This document shows, piece after piece, positions 1 to 9,678 of a DNA stretch of 64,000 nucleotides. Every line of letters begins with the position of its first letter. The first letter of the stretch is position 1. Under the pieces are notes generated by a model, which searched no databases, had not been told where the DNA came from, and was given only the letters and a program-made list of their open reading frames with translations. The translations under genes were made by a program, and so were the position numbers. Source of the DNA: Microcoleus sp. BR0-C5 (lineage in GTDB: Bacteria > Cyanobacteriota > Cyanobacteriia > Cyanobacteriales > Microcoleaceae). The stretch lies in the NCBI GenBank assembly GCA_036705045.1, contig JAUBTR010000019.1. One strand, written 5' to 3'.

Positions 1-77
1 TTCTTCCTTCTTCCTTCTTCCTTCTTCCTTCTTCCTTCTTCCTTCTTCCTTCTTCCTTCTTCCTTCTTCCTTCTTCC
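1..77. repeat. Heptamer tandem repeat (TTCTTCC)n, about 11 copies, STRR-like, truncated by the window edge
   Basis: Perfect 7-bp periodicity can be read directly at the window start. Confidence 0.9.
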
Positions 78-79
78 CT

Positions 80-1339
80 CTAAAACACAGTGCCGTCACT
101 TTCAATCTGAATTGGCGGCACTCCACCGGGCCTCAATTCGCCCGCAATTTTCCGCCCCGCCGTCCAAGTTCCTCCTTGCAAAATCTTCACCAGCGGCAAT
201 TGATCCGCACTCAAATGCAGCTTTTCTCGAATAGCTGCGGCAATTTTATCTAAAAGATTGACAGTGAGCGATCGCCATTCCACTATAACTTCCGAACCAG
301 GCAAGTAACTCTGTTCAAAAATAGCCGAATCTTTTGCCTGCAGCAGCCCGATATCCAAACACAAACCGCCGTTGCGGTACTCCGGCAATCCCGTTAACTC
401 ATCCAATCCAGTCACTTCTAAACCAAGTTCCTGCAGCGGTTCCAACAGCGAATAAGTCAACCACTGCGAGAGTTTGTGAAACGGCACCAAGTCATCGCCG
501 AGATTTTCTCCTGTTAAAGCCGGATGCCGCCAAACATCGCCTAAATTAACACCACCAATTGCATATCTTCCCGGCCAAATTTCCCCAAAACCTGTCAAAA
601 TAGCGCTCAATACTTCAGCAGCCTTCACAGTGTTGACTCCCGAAACCCCACTGTCGAGCAAGTATTTTGCTAAATTACCGGAACGCGGGTTTTCGCTGCC
701 AAATAATAATGGATGCTGGCAAATCGCATTTCCCAAACGCTGCAATAATTCTAATCTGCCTGTTAAACCAACTAGCGGATTGTCTCGACTTACCTGAAAT
801 CCCGCCGCTAAGCTTTCTAGTTTTAATTTAGAAAGTCCCTGAGAATCAGCTTGCCAAGGAAAATCGGGATTGCTGGAAAAAACACCTTGACAAAACATCC
901 GCAAGCTGGCTATTGCTAACCCTTCAGAACGGCGGTAAACCTGCCCGGTTTCTTGTTCACAATACTGCCAATCTGCACCAGCACCGGCATCAAGCAAAAC
1001 GCTGACAATTGCTAAATCAAATTTGATCTTAGCTTGCTCTATGAGTGCAAATTCTGCTAAAGCTGCATTCAATTCGGCGAGTCGCGACAAGTTGCCAGCT
1101 TCAAAATGTCGCCAGCGACTGTGAAAGGGAATGTTAAAATCGGGATACTGTTGGCGCGTTGTGTCAATTACATAATTTGCTGCTTTGTCGAGTTGGGATA
1201 AATCGACGCGGAAGTAGCGGAGTTTGTCCTGGCTGGCTAAATCAAAAAGCCGATCGCACTTTTGGCGAATAGCAGCCGGCGTTCTCAGATATTCTACAGT
1301 CTCAAGTTCAATATTGTGCAACTTCATACTACCAAACAT
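80..1339 (-). CDS. DUF1688-family protein (URC4-like, uracil-catabolism-associated)
   Basis: 419-aa ORF. Its overall composition and motifs resemble the DUF1688/URC4 family. It lies near a GTP-cyclohydrolase-II-like gene, as in URC modules. Confidence 0.5.
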   Translation of the reverse strand: MFGSMKLHNIELETVEYLRTPAAIRQKCDRLFDLASQDKLRYFRVDLSQLDKAANYVIDTTRQQYPDFNIPFHSRWRHFEAGNLSRLAELNAALAEFALIEQAKIKFDLAIVSVLLDAGAGADWQYCEQETGQVYRRSEGLAIASLRMFCQGVFSSNPDFPWQADSQGLSKLKLESLAAGFQVSRDNPLVGLTGRLELLQRLGNAICQHPLLFGSENPRSGNLAKYLLDSGVSGVNTVKAAEVLSAILTGFGEIWPGRYAIGGVNLGDVWRHPALTGENLGDDLVPFHKLSQWLTYSLLEPLQELGLEVTGLDELTGLPEYRNGGLCLDIGLLQAKDSAIFEQSYLPGSEVIVEWRSLTVNLLDKIAAAIREKLHLSADQLPLVKILQGGTWTAGRKIAGELRPGGVPPIQIESDGTVF

Positions 1340-2406
1340 CGGTAAACATCGTTTTCTTGAAAAAAGTCAAACTGACTGTAATCTAAAAGATTATCTAAAA
1401 TCGCATTTTTATCGATTTTGATCAGCTTATATTCCCACTTCGACCCGCTGACTTCGCGTTTTATGTGATCGGAAACTATCACCGAGTTTTTTTCTTTTCC
1501 CGGAGACACTATTTTACTTAAATCTTCCAGCCTGTCCGCGATGTGAATATCTTTTCCGTAAGTGCAAGACCTAAATATATATAAATTTCCCTTAGCAACT
1601 CCCACCGACAAGCCACAAGGTATTTGATTGGCGTTAATAAAAAGTTTCCAATTCTCGCACAGACTTTCCATTGCCGCTAAGGCTGAGTGAGCTTCCGGGA
1701 AAGTCAACAAATGCGAATCACCAACAATACTCCGAATTGTGCCACCGTATTCTTCGCAAATTGTTTTTTCAAAAGTATCAAAGTTTGTGAGCAAATATTC
1801 AACGTCTTTGATAGAATTAGATTCTTGATAAGCTATAAAACCTCTCAAATCTGCTTTAATTATTGCTTGATTCTTGATGATTCGCGTTTTGTAACTTTGG
1901 TCAACTTTGTAGACTTTTTCAGGTTCGCTCATCCCTTTCAAAGAAAACTCGTTGACAAAAGACGTTTGCACTTCTGCTTTGTTGAGCGCCAGCCATGCTG
2001 CTTGGGACAAATATATTTCATCCGGCGGAGTTACTGATTCTATGCGCGCTGTTAAATTCACCGTATCGCCAAAGATATCTTTATCTTGATGCAAGACATC
2101 TCCTAATGTAATCGACACGCGAATAGCCAATCGTTCGTCGTTCGCCTTGCTAGATTGTTGCGCTCTCAATTCTTGCTGCATTTCTATGGCGGCTACAGCC
2201 GCTGCTGTGACGCTAGGAAAAATTATCCAAAATGAATCACCTTCCCCTTTAATCACGCTGCCTTCATTTCGGGCGCTAATATCTGAAACAAAAGTTTTAT
2301 GCTCGTTTAACAAACTACTTAAGTCCGACTGAGATAATTTTTTGACTCTGGCGGTATATCCACAAATATCTGTTTTTACGATCACACTAGAACGCAAATT
2401 AGCCAT
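1324..2406 (-). CDS. Class III adenylate/guanylate cyclase with two tandem cyclase-homology domains
   Basis: Motifs GDSFWIIF and GDTVNLTARIES mark a CYC catalytic core in the first half. A second, degenerate cyclase-like domain (VGDSHLLTF) follows. Confidence 0.65.
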   Translation of the reverse strand: MANLRSSVIVKTDICGYTARVKKLSQSDLSSLLNEHKTFVSDISARNEGSVIKGEGDSFWIIFPSVTAAAVAAIEMQQELRAQQSSKANDERLAIRVSITLGDVLHQDKDIFGDTVNLTARIESVTPPDEIYLSQAAWLALNKAEVQTSFVNEFSLKGMSEPEKVYKVDQSYKTRIIKNQAIIKADLRGFIAYQESNSIKDVEYLLTNFDTFEKTICEEYGGTIRSIVGDSHLLTFPEAHSALAAMESLCENWKLFINANQIPCGLSVGVAKGNLYIFRSCTYGKDIHIADRLEDLSKIVSPGKEKNSVIVSDHIKREVSGSKWEYKLIKIDKNAILDNLLDYSQFDFFQENDVYRCLVV

Positions 2407-2495
2407 AACCTACCCTGACTGATCAAAAACCAGCAATAAATTTTATGTAGCAAAGACGCGATTGTTCGCGTCCCATCGGTCGCGTCTTTGCCCTC

Positions 2496-3743
2496 TTAAT
2501 CTCCTAAATCGCGTCCGATCGCTTCTGCAAGAATTGTAGCATCTGGCACAGGGTCAGGCGTGTAGTAGCCGGCGGCTTTTTTGGCGACGATTTCGACTTG
2601 TGCGTCTGCGGGAATCCAATCTTCAGGAATGGGGATGCGATCGACCACATGAATGCCAGAATTGATAATCGCATTGTATTTCATATCGCTCATAGAAACT
2701 AAACTGTCAATGCGAGAGATCCCCAACCAGTGCAGCACGTCTGGCATTAGTTCTTGAAACCGCATATCTTGAACTCCCGCCACGCATTCAGTGCGAGCAA
2801 AATAGGCATCAGCTCGATCGCCGCCTTCCTGCCGTTTTCTGGCATTGTACACCAAAAACTTAGTCACTTCCCCCAAAGCTCTCCCTTCCTTGCGGAAGTA
2901 AACTATTACCCCAGAACCGCCGGCTTGTGCCGTTTGGATGCAAATTTCCATCCCGTGTACCAAATAAGGGCGACAAGTGCAGATATCGGAACTGAACACA
3001 TCAGAACCGTTACATTCATCGTGTACCCGTACCGCCAACTGCTTATCCGGGTCAGAAATATTCGCGACATCGCCAATAATATAAACCGTAGTTCCGCCAA
3101 TTGGTGGCAAGAAAACCTGTAAGTCTGGCCGCGTCACTAAATCCGAGAACATTCCCCCTGTTTGCTCAAACAGGACACGGCGGAGGACGCTTTCTTGGGC
3201 GCCGATACGCCGAGCAATTCCCGGCAAATACCATACCGGGTCGATCGCAATTTTAGTTACTGCTAAATTGCCACCTGCTTTGACTATTTTGCCATCAATT
3301 TGCACTCGCCCCTTAGCGATGGCATCTTGCAATTCTGGCATATTCATGTGAGCTTTAGTGACAGCAATTGTCGGTCGAATATCATATCCCTGCTGGATAA
3401 ATGAAGTATAAATTTCGCTGACCAAACCCCCAAACGGATCGAGAGAAACAATCAAATTGCGATCGCCCCAACTCGCGTGCGGCCCGATGTGTGCGGCCGG
3501 AGAGGTGTTGGTAAAATCGGGGCGGTGATCTGCTTGGAGTGCGCCGGAAGCAACTGCTAGCGCGCGATAAACAGAGTAGGAACCCGAATGAGTGCCGATC
3601 GCATTCCGGTGAGACGATTTGGTAAGGCTGCCAATCACAGGCCCCCGTTTCAGCGGATCGATTTCTCCCCAGTGGATGGGATGAGGTTTTGTGCCGGATC
3701 TGTCGGGATGGGATGTTAAAACTATATGCTTGGGTTTTGACAC
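2496..3743 (-). CDS. GTP cyclohydrolase II-like protein (URC1-like)
   Basis: VHDECNGSDVFSSDICTCRPYL matches the RibA zinc-binding block VHSEC..D.FSLRCDCG. A long N-terminal extension is present, as in URC1 proteins. Confidence 0.6.
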   Translation of the reverse strand: MSKPKHIVLTSHPDRSGTKPHPIHWGEIDPLKRGPVIGSLTKSSHRNAIGTHSGSYSVYRALAVASGALQADHRPDFTNTSPAAHIGPHASWGDRNLIVSLDPFGGLVSEIYTSFIQQGYDIRPTIAVTKAHMNMPELQDAIAKGRVQIDGKIVKAGGNLAVTKIAIDPVWYLPGIARRIGAQESVLRRVLFEQTGGMFSDLVTRPDLQVFLPPIGGTTVYIIGDVANISDPDKQLAVRVHDECNGSDVFSSDICTCRPYLVHGMEICIQTAQAGGSGVIVYFRKEGRALGEVTKFLVYNARKRQEGGDRADAYFARTECVAGVQDMRFQELMPDVLHWLGISRIDSLVSMSDMKYNAIINSGIHVVDRIPIPEDWIPADAQVEIVAKKAAGYYTPDPVPDATILAEAIGRDLGD

Positions 3744-4224
3744 AGTTGTTTTTGGCTCTTGCTATGGATGCTGCTGTTAGTTGAAAGTGAAATTGCAATG
3801 TGAAGCAGTGATTTATGATAGCAAAAGGATTCAGGCTCTGGAAGTATCCGGCATAGCCAAACTCGTGAAGCTGACTTGCGCGGTTTCTTCAAAAATATAA
3901 AAATTTTATATTTGTGCTTCAGTGATCGGGGCTGCACTACCAACAACAAAGCTACATATTTAATTCAAGTTTCTTTAGCGATTCTATTTCATTTGTGCAT
4001 GAGATTTTTTTGAACTAACCACAGAGGGCGCAGAGGACGCAGAGCCTATATAAAATATAGAAAGAGGAAAATAGAGATGTTCACAATTCCTGCAAGGGTT
4101 GCTATAGTTACAACTGGTAGTTCTGAATTATCAAGAAAATACATACTACCTCACAAAATTAATGTTGCCAAGTACATCTAATTATTTGCTCAAAAATGGT
4201 CGCGTACCCGCCTCTCTTCTAGAG

Positions 4225-5496
4225 ATGAAATCGATCGCCCCGTCAGCTTCTACTGTGGCGACAAGGGGGAGTGAGAACAATTTTTGTTTGGTGGATTTGG
4301 AAATTGCAGCAGGGGCGATTGTCCAAATTATCCCAGCAGGTACAAAACCTGTATCCTCCTCTGGAGATATCCCAGTTATAGATTTGCAGGGCGGCTTAGT
4401 TTGGCCTTGTTTTGTGGATATGCACACCCATTTAGACAAAGGCCACATTTGGGAACGATCGCCCAATCCCGATGGAACTTTTGCCAGCGCGATCGAAGCG
4501 GTAGGCGCTGATGCCAAAAAAAACTGGAATGCAGAGGATGTTTACCGGCGAATGGAGTTTGGCCTCAAGTGCAGCTACGCCCACGGAACCAAGGCTATCC
4601 GCACTCACATCGACAGCGCGGGCGAACAGGGAACCGTGAGTTTAGAAGTATTTGAAGCGCTGCAAGCCGCATGGGGCGATCGGCTGATATTGCAAGCAGT
4701 TTCCCTAGTTTCCCTCGACTATTTCCTGACACCAGCCGGCGAAAAATTAGCCGATCGCATGGCCCAAACCGGCAGCATTCTCGGCGGCTTCGCCTATATG
4801 AATCCCGACTTAGACAAACAACTCGATCGAGTTTTTGCCTTAGCCAAAGAACGAAATTTAAACCTCGACTTCCACACCGACGAAAACGACGATCCAGAAT
4901 CAGTAACACTGCGGGAAGTCGCAAAAACCGCCATCCGCCATCAATTTTCCGGTCAAATTATCTGCGGACACTGCTGTAGTTTAGCCGTACAACCCTCAGA
5001 TTTAGTAACAGAAACTCTGGAATTAGTCAAGCAAGCAAATATCGGCATTGTCAGCTTGCCGATGTGCAACCTTTACCTGCAAGACCGAGAATCTCAGCAT
5101 ACACCGCGCTGGCGGGGAGTGACACTGCTGCACGAACTCAAAGCAGCCGGAATTCCCGTTGCAGTTGCTAGCGACAATTGTCGCGATCCGTTTTACGGAT
5201 TTGGCGATCATGATGTTTTGGAAGTTTTTAATATGGCAGTCCGCATCGCTCATTTAGATAGGCCTTATGGAGACTGGCCCTGTGCAGTGACAAAGACTCC
5301 AGCCGATTTAATGGGATTGCCGAATTTAGGACGAATTGCAGTTGGTTTACCAGCAGATTTGATTTTGTTTAAGGCGCGGAATTTCAGCGAATTGTTATCT
5401 AGAGCGCAGGGCGATCGCACAGTTTTGCGGCAGGGCATTAAAATTGATACAGCTTTGCCAGATTACCGCGAACTAGACGAATTGTTAGCAACTTAA
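4225..5496 (+). CDS. codA: Cytosine deaminase-like amidohydrolase
   Basis: Motif FVDMHTHLDKGH and HTDE...D.. metal ligands fit the CodA family. The ORF track begins at 4162, but alignment to CodA N-termini favours the ATG at 4225. Confidence 0.65.
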   Translation: MKSIAPSASTVATRGSENNFCLVDLEIAAGAIVQIIPAGTKPVSSSGDIPVIDLQGGLVWPCFVDMHTHLDKGHIWERSPNPDGTFASAIEAVGADAKKNWNAEDVYRRMEFGLKCSYAHGTKAIRTHIDSAGEQGTVSLEVFEALQAAWGDRLILQAVSLVSLDYFLTPAGEKLADRMAQTGSILGGFAYMNPDLDKQLDRVFALAKERNLNLDFHTDENDDPESVTLREVAKTAIRHQFSGQIICGHCCSLAVQPSDLVTETLELVKQANIGIVSLPMCNLYLQDRESQHTPRWRGVTLLHELKAAGIPVAVASDNCRDPFYGFGDHDVLEVFNMAVRIAHLDRPYGDWPCAVTKTPADLMGLPNLGRIAVGLPADLILFKARNFSELLSRAQGDRTVLRQGIKIDTALPDYRELDELLAT

Positions 5497-5521
5497 ATGT
5501 GACATTTTGCACCAATATAAA

Positions 5522-5563
5522 GAACAGGCAAGATGCCTGTTCCACAAAGATGAATTTTCTTTC
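5522..5563. repeat. Copy of a dispersed hairpin element (GAACAGGCAAGATGCCTGTTCCACAA-AGATGAATTTTCTTTC)
   Basis: Same core as at 9107-9227, 19316-19500, 57609-57722 and the intragenic copies in nadE and ureC. Confidence 0.8.
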
Positions 5564-5742
5564 TACTCGTTACTAGGCAGAGCCGGGGAACCAGTTAATT
5601 GAGTTTTGTGGAACGGGCATATTGCACGTTCTTGACAATGGTGTAATATGTAGGTTTTAAAAAGCATTTAGCATTGGTATATTGTCAATTCGCCACTATT
5701 TTGATATAAATATAAAAGCTAATTCTAGTGAGGATGTTTTAA

Positions 5743-6417
5743 GTGAAAGCAGTTATTTTATTATCAGGAGGGCTGGATTCCTCAACTGTTTTGTATCAAG
5801 CCAAAGCCGACGGCTGCGAGTGTTATGCTATTTCCTTTGACTACAAGCAAAGACATCGGCGGGAGTTGGAATCAGCGCGGGCGATCGCACTTTCGGCAGC
5901 GGTTAAGGCACATCAGATAGTAAACTTTGACCTCACACTGTGGGGCGGTTCGGCTTTGACGGATAATCAGATGGAATTGCCGATCGATCGCAATCTGGCA
6001 GAAATGTCCCAAAACATCCCTATTACCTACGTTCCAGCTAGAAATACGATCTTTCTCAGCTTTGCCCTCGCCTACGCAGAAACTCTAGAAGCCGATCGCA
6101 TTTACATCGGTGTCAACGCTTTAGATTATTCGGGATATCCCGACTGCCGCCTCGATTACATCCAAGCAATGCAGGAAGTATTTCGGTTAGGAACAAAGCA
6201 GGGAAGGGAAGGAGAAGCTATTAATATTATAACACCTTTGATCGAACTTAAAAAAACAGAAATTATTCAATTAGGCAACAAGTTGGGAGTGCCTTGGGAG
6301 CAAACTTGGTCTTGCTACGCAGGCGGCGAAAATGCGTGCGGCGTTTGCGATTCTTGTCGGTTGCGGCTGGCTGCTTTTGAGGAATTGGGGCTGAAAGATC
6401 CGGTGCCTTATGCTTAA
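5743..6417 (+). CDS. queC: 7-cyano-7-deazaguanine synthase
   Basis: N-terminal SGGLDSS PP-loop and a C-terminal Cys cluster (CGVCDSC) are typical of QueC. 224 aa. Confidence 0.9.
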   Translation: MKAVILLSGGLDSSTVLYQAKADGCECYAISFDYKQRHRRELESARAIALSAAVKAHQIVNFDLTLWGGSALTDNQMELPIDRNLAEMSQNIPITYVPARNTIFLSFALAYAETLEADRIYIGVNALDYSGYPDCRLDYIQAMQEVFRLGTKQGREGEAINIITPLIELKKTEIIQLGNKLGVPWEQTWSCYAGGENACGVCDSCRLRLAAFEELGLKDPVPYA

Positions 6418-6557
6418 ACAGTATTCCGATTCGGCGGTTGAAAGCGCTCCTCCATAAACTCTGCTCGCTCTCTAAGAGACTAAAGAATAAACGGGGTTGC
6501 CCACTCAGATTTGGTATAAAAAGTTGCGCTATTTTGCTCGCCCTTTTCATCAAAATC

Positions 6558-8066
6558 TCAACTAGAAAATTTCGCCACACTACTCACCCCGCTATTCTTT
6601 CGCCCTTTCCCCACAACTTCCTCATCCGCTGCTGCAACTTCATCTAAAGCTCGATCGCCCGCCGCCCCTGACAACAAGTGAATTTGAAGTTGCTCCAACC
6701 GCGGCCCGGACACAGAAACAACCGTAAGTTCCACATTTTCGCAGCGCCAAACTTCCCCCACAGCCGGCATTCTTTGCAACTGATAGCTCAGAAAACCTCC
6801 GATTGTCTGATATTCGTCAGTTACTGGCAAATCCAAATTCAATATTTGATTCACATCATCTAAATTTAACTGCGCTTGCACTAAATAAGTGCGATCGTCC
6901 AATACTTGCAAAGCAATTTCTTTACTGTCGGGTGACTCGTAGCTGCGGCCGATAATTTCGGCTATCAAATCCCGCAATGTCACTAACCCGGAAATGCCGC
7001 CAAATTCATCAACTACGATCGCAATTTCTTCCGACGAACTCTGCATCAAAGGCAGCAGTTCCCCCAGCAGCATCATCTCCGGCACAAACCTCACCGAACC
7101 CATCCAAGTTACAATTGGCGTGTCGGGAGATAGCAAACCTTCAGCTAGGGGTTTTGCAAGTTGTTTGAAGCCAATAATGCCGATAATGTCGTCGAAAGAA
7201 TCTCCCGTCACGGGATAGCGGGAATGGTTAGAAATCGCCATTTCGTCGAGCAAATTTTGAAAAGTTGCCGTCTTGGGAAGTGCGACAATGCTAGGCCTCG
7301 GCACCATTACTTCTTCTACCCAAACTTCGCCGAATTCAAACACGTTGTTGAGCAATTCTCGCTTTTCTGCTTCCAAGCCGCTGGATTCGCTGGAAGTAGC
7401 TATAATTAATTGCAGTTCTTCGGGAGTAACCGGCCGATGTCTTAGATCGTATTCGATGCCAGCAAACCGCAAAAGCGAGCGAGTAGATTGATTGAGAAAC
7501 GACACAAAGGGCTTGAACAAACGGGCAATCAATAAACTCGGAGGCCCTAAACTTCTGGCTAGCTGTTCGGAATGCAGCAACGCTACAGATTTGGGAAAGA
7601 GTTCGCCCAGTACGATTTGCAGGTAAGCTAGCAACAAAAAAGTTACTATTGATATGCTAAAAGAATGGGCGATCGCCGACTTGATGTAAATTGGCAGTGG
7701 CAAATAGCCGATCGACATTCTCACTAGCACGGCGATCGTACTTTCCCCAATCCAGCCGAGAGCTAAACTAGAAAGAGTGATTCCCAACTGCATTGTCGAG
7801 AGCAATCGCTCAATACTTTGCTGCAAAGATTGCACAGTTAAAGCTGCAACGTCGCCAGCTTCCACTAACTGATTGATGCGCGATCGGCGTACCGTCACCA
7901 TCGAAAACTCAGCCGCCACAAAAAAAGCATTAATCGCAATCAGCAACAGCACTGACAGCAACCGCGACAGCACCTCTGTCAAACTCATCGCGGGTAAATC
8001 AGATATCTCCTGCACTCTCGCCCCTAAAAGTGACACAATGCTCCCTAAAAAAACTTTCTCGATCAA
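6558..8066 (-). CDS. CNNM/HlyC-CorC family transporter (DUF21 - CBS pair - CorC_HlyC)
   Basis: N-terminal multi-TM DUF21 region, then CBS domains and a C-terminal CorC/HlyC transporter-associated domain. The real start may be the internal Met near 7988. Confidence 0.7.
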   Translation of the reverse strand: MIEKVFLGSIVSLLGARVQEISDLPAMSLTEVLSRLLSVLLLIAINAFFVAAEFSMVTVRRSRINQLVEAGDVAALTVQSLQQSIERLLSTMQLGITLSSLALGWIGESTIAVLVRMSIGYLPLPIYIKSAIAHSFSISIVTFLLLAYLQIVLGELFPKSVALLHSEQLARSLGPPSLLIARLFKPFVSFLNQSTRSLLRFAGIEYDLRHRPVTPEELQLIIATSSESSGLEAEKRELLNNVFEFGEVWVEEVMVPRPSIVALPKTATFQNLLDEMAISNHSRYPVTGDSFDDIIGIIGFKQLAKPLAEGLLSPDTPIVTWMGSVRFVPEMMLLGELLPLMQSSSEEIAIVVDEFGGISGLVTLRDLIAEIIGRSYESPDSKEIALQVLDDRTYLVQAQLNLDDVNQILNLDLPVTDEYQTIGGFLSYQLQRMPAVGEVWRCENVELTVVSVSGPRLEQLQIHLLSGAAGDRALDEVAAADEEVVGKGRKNSGVSSVAKFSS

Positions 8067-8104
8067 ACCTGAGAATCCGTCTGCAGGTTTGGTCTTCTTT
8101 TATT

Positions 8105-8794
8105 TTACTTCGCCACTGGAATGCCAGATATTTGCAACTGAAGTTTTTGACCTGGATAATCTGTCAGCGTCAGCGAAACTTCCTTAGCATTTTCCAGCAA
8201 AGCTGTGGGAATACTCACCGTACCGTAAAACACCTGCCCGTTGGGGGGGAGTTCCGACGGCAAATCCTCGGCAGTCGCGCTCAGGGCCCGGCCACGATCG
8301 TCAGTGACGTTCAAGAAACTGTAGAGAAACCTCACAGCTTGGGAACCTTCATTTTTCATGCTCACGTCTAGCAGCATGGAATTGTTGCGCTGACTGGCCG
8401 CGCTCACTTCCAGGGTTATTCCCCCGTCGCGACTGTTCAGGGGAAACTTGGCGCTGGTATTTTGTGCAGCCGGTTTTTTGGCCGCGGCTGGTTTAGAGCT
8501 TGCCTTCTCTGTTTTAGTATTTGCCCCGGCCGTTTTTTCGGGATCGCGACCTTCTACCCGTGCTTTGACGGTTGTGAGAATGTCTTTTTCTTTCAAAATG
8601 CTTACTTGGTCTTTGCTAGCCTGAGTTCCCTGCTTGCCGCTACCAGCATTGTTGCTGGGGCGAATATCGGGTTGAGTCGTTCCTTGCAAGGCTTCGCGAC
8701 CTATAGTAAATCCCCAAACAGAACTCGTCACGCCTGCTCCAAACATCAGAGCCAGCAGAATTAGAGTCAGCACTACCGTCGAATTCACTGCCAT
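8105..8794 (-). CDS. Hypothetical membrane-anchored/secreted protein with a low-complexity Ala/Lys-rich linker
   Basis: N-terminal hydrophobic segment; no recognisable catalytic motifs. Confidence 0.35.
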   Translation of the reverse strand: MAVNSTVVLTLILLALMFGAGVTSSVWGFTIGREALQGTTQPDIRPSNNAGSGKQGTQASKDQVSILKEKDILTTVKARVEGRDPEKTAGANTKTEKASSKPAAAKKPAAQNTSAKFPLNSRDGGITLEVSAASQRNNSMLLDVSMKNEGSQAVRFLYSFLNVTDDRGRALSATAEDLPSELPPNGQVFYGTVSIPTALLENAKEVSLTLTDYPGQKLQLQISGIPVAK

Positions 8795-8979
8795 TGCCTA
8801 TAAGTTTATGCCGAGTCCTAGAAACTGCTTTGTCCGGTCGATCGGCTCCAGCACATTGGCTAACAGGCGATCGGGGACTCAGCAGATCTAAAGATTTTGA
8901 TTTTTGTTCTCTAGTTCTAGCACGGACTGAGAAATTATGTTATAATTCATTTTGAGTTAGGTCGAAGAAATCGACTTAA

Positions 8980-9052
8980 CGGCAGTTGGCCGAGCGGTTT
9001 AGGCAGCGAACTCATAATTCGCCCCAGGCAGGTTCAACTCCTGCACTGCCGA
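8980..9052 (+). tRNA. tRNA-Met (anticodon CAU); an elongator Met type or Ile2/lysidine type
   Basis: Cloverleaf folded by hand: acceptor CGGCAGT/ACTGCCG, D-stem GCCG/AGGC, anticodon stem GCGAA/TTCGC with loop CTCATAA, T-stem GCAGG/CCTGC with loop TTCAACT. Discriminator is A and CCA is not encoded. Confidence 0.85.
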
Positions 9053-9106
9053 TTTAAAATTAATCATGACGCTCCAAGCGCGCAAAACCAGGTTTCTTCC
9101 TACTGA

Positions 9107-9227
9107 TATGTTGCACCATTCTCAAGAACAGGCTTTTCGGCCTGTTCCACAAAGAGTGAATTTTCTTGTGGAACAGGCCGAAAAGCCTGTCCCTAAAAAG
9201 CTTATTGAGAATGGTGCAACATTTGAG
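9107..9227. repeat. About 120-bp nested palindromic MITE-like element with outer arms ATGTTGCACCATTCTC/GAGAATGGTGCAACAT
   Basis: Long, nearly perfect inverted repeat immediately 3' of tRNA-Met. It belongs to the GAACAGGC..GCCTGTTC hairpin family. Confidence 0.8.
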
Positions 9228-9494
9228 TTCCTAGGTACTTGGTTGCTCAAGCCAATATTCTCGTAGAAACCTGGTTTATTTGGCCAAAAATTCGCTAAGG
9301 ACACTAAAAAGCCGGTTTCTGCCGGCTGTGACTCTGATAAATCGGCTTTTTTTACCGTTTCTGCAGGCGTCACCCAAGTATTGCTGTGAAATAACCCGGT
9401 GGATGACCACCCGTGCGTCAAAGACTCTCAATCTTTTTGGGGGGCGTTGCTCCTAGCCCGCCCAAAATATACTAATTTAGTCGAACAGTCAATC

Positions 9495-9533
9495 GATTTT
9501 AGATTTTAGATTTTAGATTTTAGATTTTAGAAT
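9495..9533. repeat. STRR heptamer array (GATTTTA)n; related arrays lie at 9652-9676, 10258-10291, 13725-13755, 36939-36985 and 47908-47935
   Basis: 7-bp periodic tandem repeats, read directly. Confidence 0.9.
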
Positions 9534-9678
9534 TGAAGCATTGACCCCACGGATAAATTCGGGGGCTCCTTTATCGGATACAGGTTTTTTATTTCTGGAC
9601 GGATGAATCCGGGGGCTTGTATCCCGGATGCTTGATTGTCAGTTTTGCCCAATCTAAAATCTCAAATCTCAAATCGTA

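Noticed and set aside
4162-4224. Upstream ATG at 4162 for the cytosine deaminase gene
   Set aside because: Alignment to the CodA N-terminus favours the ATG at 4225 (MKSIAPS…). The extra 21 residues have no counterpart.
9495-9533. Short periodic repeats (GATTTTA)n, also at 36939-36985, 47908-47935 and 50216-50351, considered as a possible CRISPR array
   Set aside because: Period is 7 bp with no unique spacers. These are STRR-type microsatellites typical of filamentous cyanobacteria, not CRISPR.
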